A DNA stretch of 20,952 bases from Nitrospinota bacterium (GCA_046581755.1 JAYGFR010000231.1:1-20952); one strand, 5' to 3'; counted from the stretch's first letter, positions 1-9,026 are shown. Made by a program: numbers and translations. Notes: generated by a model from the letters alone, not told the origin.

Positions 1-160
1 TTTTTCATTATTTTTCATTAAAAAACTATATGCTGTGGTGTGGTAAAAAGTGGGGGAAAAAATTTATGAGGAAAATAACCAGAACGTTTCAAGGGGAGAT
101 CGAAAGCAGAAATCGATTAAATAAGCAAATAAAAACCGAAAGTCATGGAAATATTTTCGA

Positions 161-184
161 GAGGACCGCCTCGAGGACCGCCTC
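161..184. repeat. Perfect 2 x 12-bp tandem repeat GAGGACCGCCTC
   Basis: Seen directly: 161-172 and 173-184 are identical, and each unit is a GAGG/CCTC mini inverted repeat. Confidence 0.85.
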
Positions 185-254
185 AATACGGAAGATAACG
201 GAGGATAGAATTCGGTTGAATCAAAAAAGGAAGAGAATCGATGTGCCTGCCTTG

Positions 255-977
255 CTAGTTGCTCCACCATGCCGCCGCGAGCAATAACGCGAACGTTTCG
301 ATGACCTCTCCCGAAGCGGAATGGATATCTCCGCCCCACTGGCCCTCGCGGCTTTCGATGAAACGCCTGATCCCGACCGCTGCGGCGGCGGAGACGAGGG
401 CGATAACGAGCCCCCCCCACCACCCGAAAACCAGGCACACCGCCAGGGTCCAGCCCACTGTGGCATAGCCCTCGTCAAGCGAGGCCTCATCGGGGATATA
501 GGGGGCCGCTCCATCACCGCCGCCCGCCTCCCGGACCTGGACCGCAAGGTAGGCCATTACGGCCCGGCCAAGCACGGGGGCCAGCAGTAAAGCCGACCAC
601 CGCCCCTCCCCGCTCAAGGCCAGCAGGGCGGCGAATTTCAGGAGAAGAATGGCACCGATCGCCAGCCCGCCGGAATAGGCCGCCCCCTTCGCCCCCTCCT
701 TATCCCAAGCCAACTGGCCCGCACACGAGGCGGCGGCGGTGAGCGGCCTTCCCCCCGTGAGGACGATCAGCGCAACGACCAGAATTCCATTCCTAATCGA
801 AATGGGAAACACCAGGCTGAAAACAAAGTCCCCGGCGACCAGAATGAGTCCCAGAGCGAGGCCCACGAGGGGAAACCGCACGAGAGCGCTACGGACATCG
901 TCCGCCCCGGGCTCTTCGGGCGGCGCGGGCCAGGGCAAAATGGTGAGAAAACGGTTGGCCAGGGAATAGGATTTCAA
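255..977 (-). CDS. cobS: CobS (adenosylcobinamide-GDP ribazoletransferase)-like membrane protein, with a degenerate catalytic motif
   Basis: 240-aa hydrophobic ORF with CobS hallmarks FLTILP, FPLVG, LTGG, LLLKFAAL, LAPVLGR and a C-terminal GGD..SA..EVIE. TTG start with GGAGAGG upstream. The HxDGxxDxxDG motif is absent. Confidence 0.75.
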   Translation of the reverse strand: MKSYSLANRFLTILPWPAPPEEPGADDVRSALVRFPLVGLALGLILVAGDFVFSLVFPISIRNGILVVALIVLTGGRPLTAAASCAGQLAWDKEGAKGAAYSGGLAIGAILLLKFAALLALSGEGRWSALLLAPVLGRAVMAYLAVQVREAGGGDGAAPYIPDEASLDEGYATVGWTLAVCLVFGWWGGLVIALVSAAAAVGIRRFIESREGQWGGDIHSASGEVIETFALLLAAAWWSN

Positions 978-1073
978 GGAACCCTCTCCAAAGATAGGGT
1001 TGGTTCGAGAACCTCCGGGAACACATCCGGAACTCTTGGGGCCAATCCTACCAAATCCGAGAGGGATATGCGC

Positions 1074-1886
1074 TTAGAAGGAATTCTCTCCGGAGGGGAA
1101 TATGCCGTCACGGACCTCCTGGCAATACCGCTCCATGGCCTCCAGCGAGGCATTTCCGAGATCGGTATAGACCTTGACGAATTTCGGGGTAAAATCCTGG
1201 AACAAGTTCAACATATCGTGCGTCACCAGAACCTGGCCGTCGCAATCGGGCCCGGCACCGATGCCGATGGTGGGGATATCGATTTCCTGGGTAATGCGCG
1301 CGCCAAGGCAGGCTGGAATCCCCTCAAGAACGACACTGAAGGCGCCCCCCTCCTGGACGGCCACCGCATCGCGGAGCACCTGATCCGCCTCGGCCTCTTT
1401 TTTCCCTTGCACCCTGAATCCGCCGAATGCGTGAACGCTTTGGGGGGTAAGCCCCACGTGGCCCATGACCGGAATCTGGCATTCGACCAACGCCCGGATG
1501 TCGCCTAGCACGCGCTCTCCGCCTTCGAGCTTCACGACCTCGGCCCCACCCTCGCGGATGAGCCTGCCTGCGTTGTAAATCGTATCGCGGCGGGTGACGC
1601 CGAAGGAGAGAAACGGAAGGTCAGCCACTAGCAGGGCGTTCGGCTTGGCCCGGCTGACCGCCTTGGTGTGGTGGACCATATCGTCCACCGTGACGTGGGT
1701 CGTGTCCGGATACCCCAGCACAACCATGCCCAGGCTGTCTCCGACCAGGATGACATCCACACCGGATTCGTCCACGAGCTTGGCGGTCGGATAATCATAG
1801 GCCGTGAGAGAGGTGATTTTGGTCTTGCCCTTGCGGGCACGGATGGTTTTTGTGGTGATTTTCCTGCGCGTTGAAACTGTGCTCAT
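1074..1886 (-). CDS. panB: 3-methyl-2-oxobutanoate hydroxymethyltransferase
   Basis: Motifs LTAYDYPTA, ILVGDSLGMV, VKLEGG, MGHVGLTPQS, TIGIGAG, DGQVLV. I moved the start from the ORF-track 1988 to ATG 1886, which has SD GGAGGG. 270 aa. Confidence 0.96.
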   Translation of the reverse strand: MSTVSTRRKITTKTIRARKGKTKITSLTAYDYPTAKLVDESGVDVILVGDSLGMVVLGYPDTTHVTVDDMVHHTKAVSRAKPNALLVADLPFLSFGVTRRDTIYNAGRLIREGGAEVVKLEGGERVLGDIRALVECQIPVMGHVGLTPQSVHAFGGFRVQGKKEAEADQVLRDAVAVQEGGAFSVVLEGIPACLGARITQEIDIPTIGIGAGPDCDGQVLVTHDMLNLFQDFTPKFVKVYTDLGNASLEAMERYCQEVRDGIFPSGENSF

Positions 1887-1982
1887 GGTCGTTCCCTCCA
1901 TGAAGGTGAACGCCGAAAGGTCTGAAATCAAATTTCCAAACAACGACTCCACCGTCCGGGTCCCGGCTGGATCCCGGCGGTG
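1887..1982 (-). ncRNA. pan-motif-like cis-regulatory leader: two hairpins, each with two staggered bulged A residues
   Basis: Hairpin 1 (1950-1982): CACCG-CCGGG-A-UCC-[AGCCG]-GGA-CCCGG-A-CGGUG. Hairpin 2 (1887-1914): GG-CGUUC-A-CCUU-[CAUG]-GAGG-GAACG-A-CC. Both lie in the 5' UTR of panB. Confidence 0.65.
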
Positions 1983-1988
1983 ACCCAA

Positions 1989-2017
1989 AGGGTAGTGACT
2001 GGCCGCTTTCGTGTCAA
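1989..2017 (-). promoter_or_regulatory. Putative sigma70 promoter for panB
   Basis: TTGACA (2017-2012), 17-nt spacer, TACCCT (1994-1989). The predicted TSS near 1982 coincides with the start of hairpin 1. Confidence 0.6.
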
Positions 2018-2042
2018 TAACGGGCCTGGAAGGAACTCCCCC

Positions 2043-2903
2043 CTATCCGCCCACGCCCCGCCAAATGAGCAGCCCGCCAACGAGGATGAATATCAGCGAC
2101 AAAAATGCCTTCATCTTCTCGCCGTCCACCCGGCTATTGATATACGGGGAGACCTGACCGCCACAGGCAACGGCTGGAATCGTCATGAACAGGACATTCC
2201 AGTGAACGTTGAGCTCGCCCGAGGAGAAGACATAGGCATGGACGAGGGTGGCCATGAACGCCGTGAAGAAAACGATCATGATGCCGGTGCCGATGGCCAC
2301 CCGGACGGGCAACTTGTTCCGGAGGATGAGCATGGTCGTCGTAAGCTCGCCGATTCCGATGCCCGTCAGGCCGACCAAGAGGCCTCCGAACCCGGACCAG
2401 GACACCCCGACAGGTCCATGCTCGTAGGTATACCAGTATCGTCGGCCCAGCGAATCCACCCGGGTCGGCAGACCTTCGCCCTCCTCCCCGTCCGGGCCGT
2501 GGATCCCGCCCGCGAGGTAGGAGTAAAGCATGAGCACCGACAGAACGACCATCAGCCCGCCAAGGAATCCCAGGATCAGGTGGGAGGGCACCTTATGCGC
2601 CAGAAAACCGAACCCCATTCCGACCGGAACCGAAACCGGGAGCACCTTCTTCACGATGGAGAGATCCACCAGCCCCCACCGGAAATAGCCGATCAAGGCG
2701 CTACCGAATCCAAACAATTCAATGGATAAAGCCAGAAAAATAGCCTCTATCGGAACGATCTTCACGCCCGCGATAAACGGGAAAACCAGGATAAATATCG
2801 GCGTAAAAAATACGGCCCCCTCAACGCTTGAACTGGTCGCTATCAGGCAGATGCAAAATGCGACTGGAAGCATCCACCAAAACTCAAATATGTATTCCAG
2901 CAC
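2043..2903 (-). CDS. TauE/SafE (TSUP) family membrane transporter
   Basis: 286-aa multi-TM protein with two repeats (SVEGAVFFTP; GLLVGLTGIGIGE), VAIGT and GGQVSP. GTG start with GGAGG SD inside the end of folP. Confidence 0.8.
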   Translation of the reverse strand: MLEYIFEFWWMLPVAFCICLIATSSSVEGAVFFTPIFILVFPFIAGVKIVPIEAIFLALSIELFGFGSALIGYFRWGLVDLSIVKKVLPVSVPVGMGFGFLAHKVPSHLILGFLGGLMVVLSVLMLYSYLAGGIHGPDGEEGEGLPTRVDSLGRRYWYTYEHGPVGVSWSGFGGLLVGLTGIGIGELTTTMLILRNKLPVRVAIGTGIMIVFFTAFMATLVHAYVFSSGELNVHWNVLFMTIPAVACGGQVSPYINSRVDGEKMKAFLSLIFILVGGLLIWRGVGG

Positions 2904-2906
2904 CGA

Positions 2907-3809
2907 TTAACGCACCTCCCTGAAGTTTTCGGGCGCCACCGTCCCGCGCACCAAGGCCTTCGCCATTTTGATCCCCTCGATCGCCTCCCCGACATCGTGC
3001 GTCCGGATGACGTCCGCACCGCCCATCACTGCGAAAGCCTCGGCCACCTTGGTTCCGATCAGCCGATCCGCAGCCCGCTCCACGCCCGTGGCCTTGCCGA
3101 TAAAGGTTTTCTTCGAGACCCCGACAACGAGCGGCCGCCCCAATTTCGTGAAACACGAAAGGGCTCGAAGTATTTCCAGATTGTGGTCCCAGCTTTTTCC
3201 GAACCCGATCCCAGGGTCCACCCAGACGCTTCCAATGCCCGCCTGCTCGGCCGCCCCGGCCCGCTCCTCGAGGAACCCCGCCACCTCGCGGACGACATCC
3301 GAATAGACCGGCGCCTCCTGCATGGTGCCCGGCTCTCCTTTCATATGCATGAGCACAGCCGCCGCTCCCGCTTCGGCCACCGCCGCTCGCATCCCGGGAT
3401 CGGCAAAGGCGCCGATATCGTTCACGATATGGACGCCCGCCTCGAGCGATGCCCTCGCCACCGCCGGCTTTCTCGTATCGATCGAGATCAAGGGGCCAGC
3501 GGTCATGTCCAGGCGCTCGAGAATCGGCATCACACGGCGAAGCTCCTCCGCCTCGTCCACCTCCCCCGAGCCCGGGCGGGTGCTCTCCCCGCCGATATCG
3601 ATGATGTCGGCCCCTTCCTCGGTCATCCGGGCGATCATATCGAGCGCCGCAAAAGTATCTGCGAAGCGGCCCCCGTCCGAAAAACTGTCCGGCGTCGCAT
3701 TGATGATGCCCATCACCCGCGGGCGCGTGAAATCAATCCACCTGTCGCGGCAAACGGCCTCGGGCGGAATCTCCCGCCCGCTCTGGAGGAAGGTCAGGGT
3801 TTTTCTCAC
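2907..3809 (-). CDS. folP: Dihydropteroate synthase
   Basis: Motifs MGIINATPDSFSDGG, DIGGESTRPG, SIDT, DPGIGFGK, RTHDV. Start set at GTG 3809, which overlaps the folC stop (GTGA) and has a GGAGG SD. 300 aa. Confidence 0.95.
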   Translation of the reverse strand: MRKTLTFLQSGREIPPEAVCRDRWIDFTRPRVMGIINATPDSFSDGGRFADTFAALDMIARMTEEGADIIDIGGESTRPGSGEVDEAEELRRVMPILERLDMTAGPLISIDTRKPAVARASLEAGVHIVNDIGAFADPGMRAAVAEAGAAAVLMHMKGEPGTMQEAPVYSDVVREVAGFLEERAGAAEQAGIGSVWVDPGIGFGKSWDHNLEILRALSCFTKLGRPLVVGVSKKTFIGKATGVERAADRLIGTKVAEAFAVMGGADVIRTHDVGEAIEGIKMAKALVRGTVAPENFREVR

Positions 3810-5254
3810 TTCCAAACCTCCGGATGAAAAGCCGACCCCGCCCATGCGATTTGCTCCTCGCTCACCCAACGCTTGCGAAGCTCTCCCGCCAAGAAAAGCG
3901 AGCCTGCCACGACGACAAGATCGCTCTCGCCCGCCTCTTCGATGGCGCGACCGAAAGCCTGCCAGGGATCGACGAATTCCTCGACCTCCCGTGCGCCGGC
4001 TTCGCGAAGGGCGCGCGCAAACTTTTTGGGTGAAAGGCCCGGCCGGGGGGCATCCCCCGGCGGGAGCGTCACGAAATACCGATCCGCCGGACCGGCCAGC
4101 TCCCCGGCCAGCTCCCACGCCAAGGCAGTGTAATCCTTGTCCCCAATGGCGCCCAAGACAAACAGGCGGCGGTCCGCCGGAATCCTGCCGAGTGTATCGG
4201 TCAGCGCGCGGATTTTGGCCCGGTTATGCGCCCCGTCGAGAATGACCGGGGGATCGCCGGGCATCCGCTCGATACGGCAAGGCAGGCGCGCCTCCCAGAG
4301 TCCTGCCCGAATATCCCCCTCCTCCAGGCCCAGAAGCCGGCACGCGCCCGCAGCCAGGGCGGCGTTCGCCGCTTGGTGGGCGCCCATCATCCGGGTCCGC
4401 ACCCCTTCCCAGTGTATACCGTCCCGAAAGTGGAGGGTGAACCGGCATCCATCCTCGCCGCAAACGACGGCCTCCGCCTCGGGAGATGCGTGAAGCGCGG
4501 CCGCGCGCGCAGCGGCGGCGGCTTGGACCTCGCCCATTGCCTCCGGCACGAGGGCGGCGGTGATGACACCCCCGCCGGGTGTAATGATCCCCGCCTTGTC
4601 GCGCGCAATTTGCTCGACCGTGTCACCGAGCAGGTCGGTATGATCGAGCCCGATGGAGGTCAGGACATCGAGGACGCCCGGCGCCACCGCGTTCGTTGCG
4701 TCGTAGGTTCCGCCCAGGCCCGCCTCGAGAACAATGAACTCGCAAGCGCCCTCCTCGGCGCATAGGAGCAACAGCGCCAGGGCGCTCTCGAAATAAGAGG
4801 GGGGGCCAATTTCGACATCGCCCGCCATCTCCGCCGCCACTCCGGCAACGCGCCTCGCGGCACGGCCCACCAAATCCGCTCCGGCCACCCTTCCGCACAT
4901 CCAGAACCGCTCGGACAGCGAGGTCACATGGGGCGAGAAAAACGCCGCCGTCCGCCGGCCGGCAGCATGGAGCGATTCCGCGATCATGAGCGCGGTCGAG
5001 CCCTTCCCGCTGGTTCCGGCGACGTGGACGACGGAGCGACCGCGAAAAGACATACCGAGCCGATCAAGGAGACGGCGCATCCGATCCAGGCCGGGACCCT
5101 CGGCCCGGACGCCCCGCGAAATTATACGCGGCCGCCAGCTTTTTTTGGGGAACGCCGCCAGCGCGTTCAGGAACACGCCAACCCGGCGGTAGGTCTCCGC
5201 CGGAGAAGCCGTCTCCGGACCAGCGAATAGGGTTGGAAGATCGGAAGGCTGCAT
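3806..5254 (-). CDS. folC: Folylpolyglutamate synthase / dihydrofolate synthase
   Basis: Motifs HVAGTSGKGST, SPHV..LSERF, EAGLGG..DATN, IGLDH..LG, KAGII, LDGAHN, GSLFLAGE. Start set at ATG 5254, 1 nt after the purH stop. Confidence 0.92.
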   Translation of the reverse strand: MQPSDLPTLFAGPETASPAETYRRVGVFLNALAAFPKKSWRPRIISRGVRAEGPGLDRMRRLLDRLGMSFRGRSVVHVAGTSGKGSTALMIAESLHAAGRRTAAFFSPHVTSLSERFWMCGRVAGADLVGRAARRVAGVAAEMAGDVEIGPPSYFESALALLLLCAEEGACEFIVLEAGLGGTYDATNAVAPGVLDVLTSIGLDHTDLLGDTVEQIARDKAGIITPGGGVITAALVPEAMGEVQAAAAARAAALHASPEAEAVVCGEDGCRFTLHFRDGIHWEGVRTRMMGAHQAANAALAAGACRLLGLEEGDIRAGLWEARLPCRIERMPGDPPVILDGAHNRAKIRALTDTLGRIPADRRLFVLGAIGDKDYTALAWELAGELAGPADRYFVTLPPGDAPRPGLSPKKFARALREAGAREVEEFVDPWQAFGRAIEEAGESDLVVVAGSLFLAGELRKRWVSEEQIAWAGSAFHPEVWK

Positions 5255-5255
5255 C

Positions 5256-6812
5256 TTAGTGGCGGAAATGTCTCCGGCCCGTGAACACCATGGCGATGCC
5301 ATGCTCGACCGCGGCCTGGATCACTTCCTCGTCGCGCTTCGAGCCGCCCGGCTGGGCGATGGCCTTTACCCCGCACTTGGCGGCTTCGTCCACCCCATCG
5401 CGGAACGGGAAGAAGGCGTCCGAGCCCAGGGCGCATCCCTCCAGCGGGAGCACAGCGCGCTCGGCCGCGATCCGCGACGAATCCACCCGGTTCATCTGAC
5501 CCACTCCGATGCCGAGTGTGCCGCTTTGGTCTGCAAGAACGATGGCGTTGCTCTTCACGTGGCGCGCGACCGTCCAGGCGATGCGTAGGGATTTTTCCTC
5601 CTCGGGCGATGGTGCGCGCGGCGTCACCACCTTCCAGTCGAACTCTTCCGCCGACATCCAGTCGGGCTCCTGGACGAGGACCCCTCCCGGAATGGCGCGC
5701 AGGTCCAGGCCTGAGCGTAATTCGGACGCCAGCCCCGGCAGGCGGAGGATGCGCAGATTTTTCTTTTTCCGGAATATGGCGAGCGCCTCCTCGTCGAAAT
5801 CAGGCGCGATGACAGCCTCGACGAAAAGATCGCGCATGGACTCGGCGGCGGCGGCGTCCACCCGGCAGTTGTAGCCGATGATGCTGCCGAACGCCGAAAC
5901 GGGATCGCACGCCAGGGCGCGCCGGTAGGCTTCGGCGGGTGTGTCCGCCAGCCCCACCCCGCATGGGTTCGTGTGCTTGAGAATGGCGCAGGCCGTCCCT
6001 TTGAGGTCGGCGATGAGTTCGGAGGCGCTGCCCAGGTCGAGGAGGTTGTTGTAGGAAAGCTCCTTGCCGCCCAAAATATCGGCATCGGCGACGGAAAGGC
6101 CGTTTCCCCCGCCAGCGCAGTAAAAAGCCGCCCGCTGGTGCGGATTTTCGCCGTAGCGGAGCACCTGAATCCGTTCGAGATCGAGGGGAAAACTTTCGGG
6201 GAAGAGTTCATCTCCCGCCCCGCCGTCTTCTTCAAGGCCCGCGAGATAGGTGTGGATCGCCGCATCGTAGGCCGAAACATAATCGAAAGCCTTGCGTGCG
6301 AGGCGGCGCCTGAATTCATCGGGGACATCCTCCCCTCGAGAGATGTGGGCGATGACCGTCGGGTAGTCGCCCGGATCGACGAGGACGGTGAGCCGCCCAT
6401 GGTTTTTTGCCGACGCGCGAACCATGGTGGGGCCCCCGATATCGATTTGCTCGACGGCCTCGGCGGGGGTCACGCCCTGGCGGGCGACCGTCTCCCGGAA
6501 GGGATAGAAATTCACGGCGACCAGATCGATCGCCTCGATGCCGTTAGCGGCCATTTCATCGGCCTGGTCCGGCAGGCGGGCGAGGATTCCGCCCAGGAGT
6601 TTGGGATGGAGCGTCTTCACCCGCCCGCCTAGAATCTCGGGCTGGCCGGTATAGTCCGATACGTCCGTGATGGGGACGCCCTCGTCGCGGAGGGCTTTGG
6701 CCGTCCCCCCGGTGGAGAGAATCTCCCAGCCGGCTTCGGTGAGCGCTTTACCCAGCTCGGCCGCACCCTGTTTATTGCTGACGCTGATGACCGCTCTTTT
6801 GGTTCCGCTCAT
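5256..6812 (-). CDS. purH: Bifunctional AICAR transformylase / IMP cyclohydrolase
   Basis: Motifs [59 protein letters not shown] and C-terminal RHFRH. Confidence 0.98.
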   Translation of the reverse strand: MSGTKRAVISVSNKQGAAELGKALTEAGWEILSTGGTAKALRDEGVPITDVSDYTGQPEILGGRVKTLHPKLLGGILARLPDQADEMAANGIEAIDLVAVNFYPFRETVARQGVTPAEAVEQIDIGGPTMVRASAKNHGRLTVLVDPGDYPTVIAHISRGEDVPDEFRRRLARKAFDYVSAYDAAIHTYLAGLEEDGGAGDELFPESFPLDLERIQVLRYGENPHQRAAFYCAGGGNGLSVADADILGGKELSYNNLLDLGSASELIADLKGTACAILKHTNPCGVGLADTPAEAYRRALACDPVSAFGSIIGYNCRVDAAAAESMRDLFVEAVIAPDFDEEALAIFRKKKNLRILRLPGLASELRSGLDLRAIPGGVLVQEPDWMSAEEFDWKVVTPRAPSPEEEKSLRIAWTVARHVKSNAIVLADQSGTLGIGVGQMNRVDSSRIAAERAVLPLEGCALGSDAFFPFRDGVDEAAKCGVKAIAQPGGSKRDEEVIQAAVEHGIAMVFTGRRHFRH

Positions 6813-6815
6813 TCC

Positions 6816-8072
6816 CTAGCTGTCCTCCCGCCACACTTCGTACCCTTCGACGAGAAGCTTTTGAAGCAGGGATTCGAGATGCTCGCGGCCGCGAAGCTCC
6901 AGGTAGAGCGTGGAAATCGTATGATTGATGGGCACCGCCGTGGACATTCTGTCGTGCTCGATATGAATGATGTTGACCCGCTCGTTCGCCACGATCCGGG
7001 ATAGGTTCATCAGCGATCCCGGCACATCGTGCAGGACGACCTGAATCCGCGCGTAGCGGTTCTGGAGGGCGAGTCCTTTCCCGATGATTCTGGAGAGCAG
7101 ATTCACGTCCAGATTCCCTCCGCTGACGACCGCGACGACCTTTCCGCTCACCCGGAACCTCCGCTCCATCAGCGCGGCCAGGGGGGCGGCGCCCGCCGCC
7201 TCGGCCAGCATACGCTCGCGCTCGAGCAGGCTCAAAATCGCCCGCGCCATGTGATCGTCATCCACCGTCACGACCTGATCCACCAGCTGCTGAATCAGGG
7301 GAAAGCAAAGATCCCCCACTCGTTTGACGGCGATGCCGTCGGCGATTGTCTTGACGGATTCGGTTGCGACAATATTTTTCGCCTCGATGGAGCGGGCCAA
7401 AGAAGCCGCGCCCGAGGCTACGACCCCGACCACCCGCACATCGGGCCGATTTTTTTTCACTACAGCGGCGAGGCCCGCGATCAGGCCGCCCCCTCCGACC
7501 GGGACAACGATCGTCCCCGCCTCGGGCACTTCATCGAGAATTTCGAGACCGACGGTGCCCTGGCCCGCGATAACATCAGGATGGTCGAAAGGTGGAATCA
7601 TCGACAGCCCGCGTTCCGATTCGATCTGGCGGGCGCGCTCGTAAGCATCGTCGAAGGCCGGGCCATAGAGTTCCACCTCGGCCCCCAGAGCCTTCACCGC
7701 ATCGAGCTTGGTATTCGGGGTGGATTCGGGCATGACGATAAGGGCTTTGATGTCCATCCGCCGAGCGGCAGCGGCAACGCCCTGGGCATGGTTTCCGGCT
7801 GAGGCAGTGACCACGCCCCATTTGCGCTGCTGGGTGTCCAGCTTGCTGAGCGCGTACCCGGCTCCGCGGACCTTGAACGAGCCCGTCCGCTGAAAATTTT
7901 CGGGCTTGAGGTAGACTTCCACGCCAAGTTGTTCGGAAAAATACTCGCTCAGACGCGCTCTCGTTGGCCGCAGATGCGGGGCAAGAACTTCGGCAGCCCG
8001 CGCCGCTTCACCGGCAACTTCATTCGCGTCGAGCGGGCCCGATTTTTCTGCCTCTGATTTCGCCACTTCCAT
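6816..8072 (-). CDS. ilvA: Threonine ammonia-lyase, short form with one C-terminal ACT domain
   Basis: PLP-lysine motif ENFQRTGSFKVRGA, plus SAGNHAQG, PVGGGGL, SGGNLD and ACT-like DVPGSL...NIIHIEHDR. Confidence 0.92.
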   Translation of the reverse strand: MEVAKSEAEKSGPLDANEVAGEAARAAEVLAPHLRPTRARLSEYFSEQLGVEVYLKPENFQRTGSFKVRGAGYALSKLDTQQRKWGVVTASAGNHAQGVAAAARRMDIKALIVMPESTPNTKLDAVKALGAEVELYGPAFDDAYERARQIESERGLSMIPPFDHPDVIAGQGTVGLEILDEVPEAGTIVVPVGGGGLIAGLAAVVKKNRPDVRVVGVVASGAASLARSIEAKNIVATESVKTIADGIAVKRVGDLCFPLIQQLVDQVVTVDDDHMARAILSLLERERMLAEAAGAAPLAALMERRFRVSGKVVAVVSGGNLDVNLLSRIIGKGLALQNRYARIQVVLHDVPGSLMNLSRIVANERVNIIHIEHDRMSTAVPINHTISTLYLELRGREHLESLLQKLLVEGYEVWREDS

Positions 8073-8103
8073 CCTTCATGCCTTTGAGCGGGGAACCAAT
8101 CTT

Positions 8104-8892
8104 CTAAACACCCTTGAATACCGGCCGACGCTTTTCGATGAAGGCGCGAACCCCCTCCTCGAAATCCTAGCTGTTGAATCCCCCCTGGCGGAGGTGATTC
8201 GCCCGCGCCAGGGCGTCGCCATTAAACAACTCCCCCTGGATGAGGTTGACCATTTTCTTGGAATTTCTCACCGAGATCGGCGCATTTTCCACAATCTTCG
8301 CGGCCATGTCGGCGACGTAGGCGTCAAGCTCGTTCTTGGGCAGGACCCGGGTCACAAAACCCATCTCGCAGGCCTCGCGGGCGGAATAACGGCGGGCGGT
8401 CATCAAAATTTCCTTGGTGTTGGCCGGGCCGATGAGATCGATAATCCGCCGGGTGAGAATTTCCGGATACACAACGTCCAATCACGCCGCCGGGATGGCG
8501 AAGACACCGTCATCGGCTGCGTAGCGCAGGTCGCACATCGCCAGCAAACCGAAGGCGCCGCCCATCGCGAAACCATGAATCAAGGCGATGACGGGGAGTT
8601 CGATTTGATAGATGAGCCTCCAGGCGTCCTCGACGACGCTGCTGTGGTGTTTCCACTCCTCGGGCGTTTTCATCTCGCGGAATTCGCGGATATCCTGGCC
8701 GGAGGCAAATGCCCGATCTCCAGATCCCCGCAGGACGATAACGCGGACATTGCCGCTGTCTCGAAATTCCTCGAAAAGTTCGGGCAGGCGCGCCCACATC
8801 GCCCGGGTCAGGGCGTTTCGCTGCGAGGGCCGGTTAATCGTGACCGTCGCGACATGGTTCTCGACCTCAAATCGTAAGGTATCATCGCCCAT
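8104..8892 (-). pseudogene. Enoyl-CoA hydratase/isomerase (crotonase) family gene with two in-frame stop codons
   Basis: One frame from ATG 8892 to TAG 8104 (263 codons): INRPSQRNAL, AFASGQDI, IHGFAMGG, FAIPAA*LDVVY (TGA 8484-8482), ILMTARRYSAREA, FNS*DFEEGVRAFIEKRRPVFKGV (TAG 8169-8167). Confidence 0.85.
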
Positions 8893-9026
8893 CGCATTTT
8901 CCCCGGATGGTGGTGGAACCTTTCCCTGGAACGGGAACCGAACGGATGGGCAATCATAACCCAATCCGCCCGGCGGCGTCCCGGCCGAAACGCTGTCGGC
9001 CCCGGGGGGTATGAAAAAAGAAGAAC

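Noticed and set aside
35..56. GTGG repeats resembling MraZ boxes
   Set aside because: Only two are at 10-nt spacing and no mraZ gene follows in that orientation.
30..287. 85-aa plus-strand ORF
   Set aside because: AT-rich codon usage unlike the real genes, no motifs, and it overlaps the end of the cobS-like gene.
8482..8484. Selenocysteine (TGA) or pyrrolysine (TAG 8167-8169) recoding in the crotonase gene
   Set aside because: The homologous positions are normally R/K and E/Q, not Cys. I see no convincing SECIS hairpin, and single substitutions explain both stops.
8971..9006. GC-rich hairpin (GGCCGA/TCGGCC core) downstream of rnpB as a terminator
   Set aside because: On the transcribed strand the U-tract precedes rather than follows the hairpin, so it is not a canonical intrinsic terminator.
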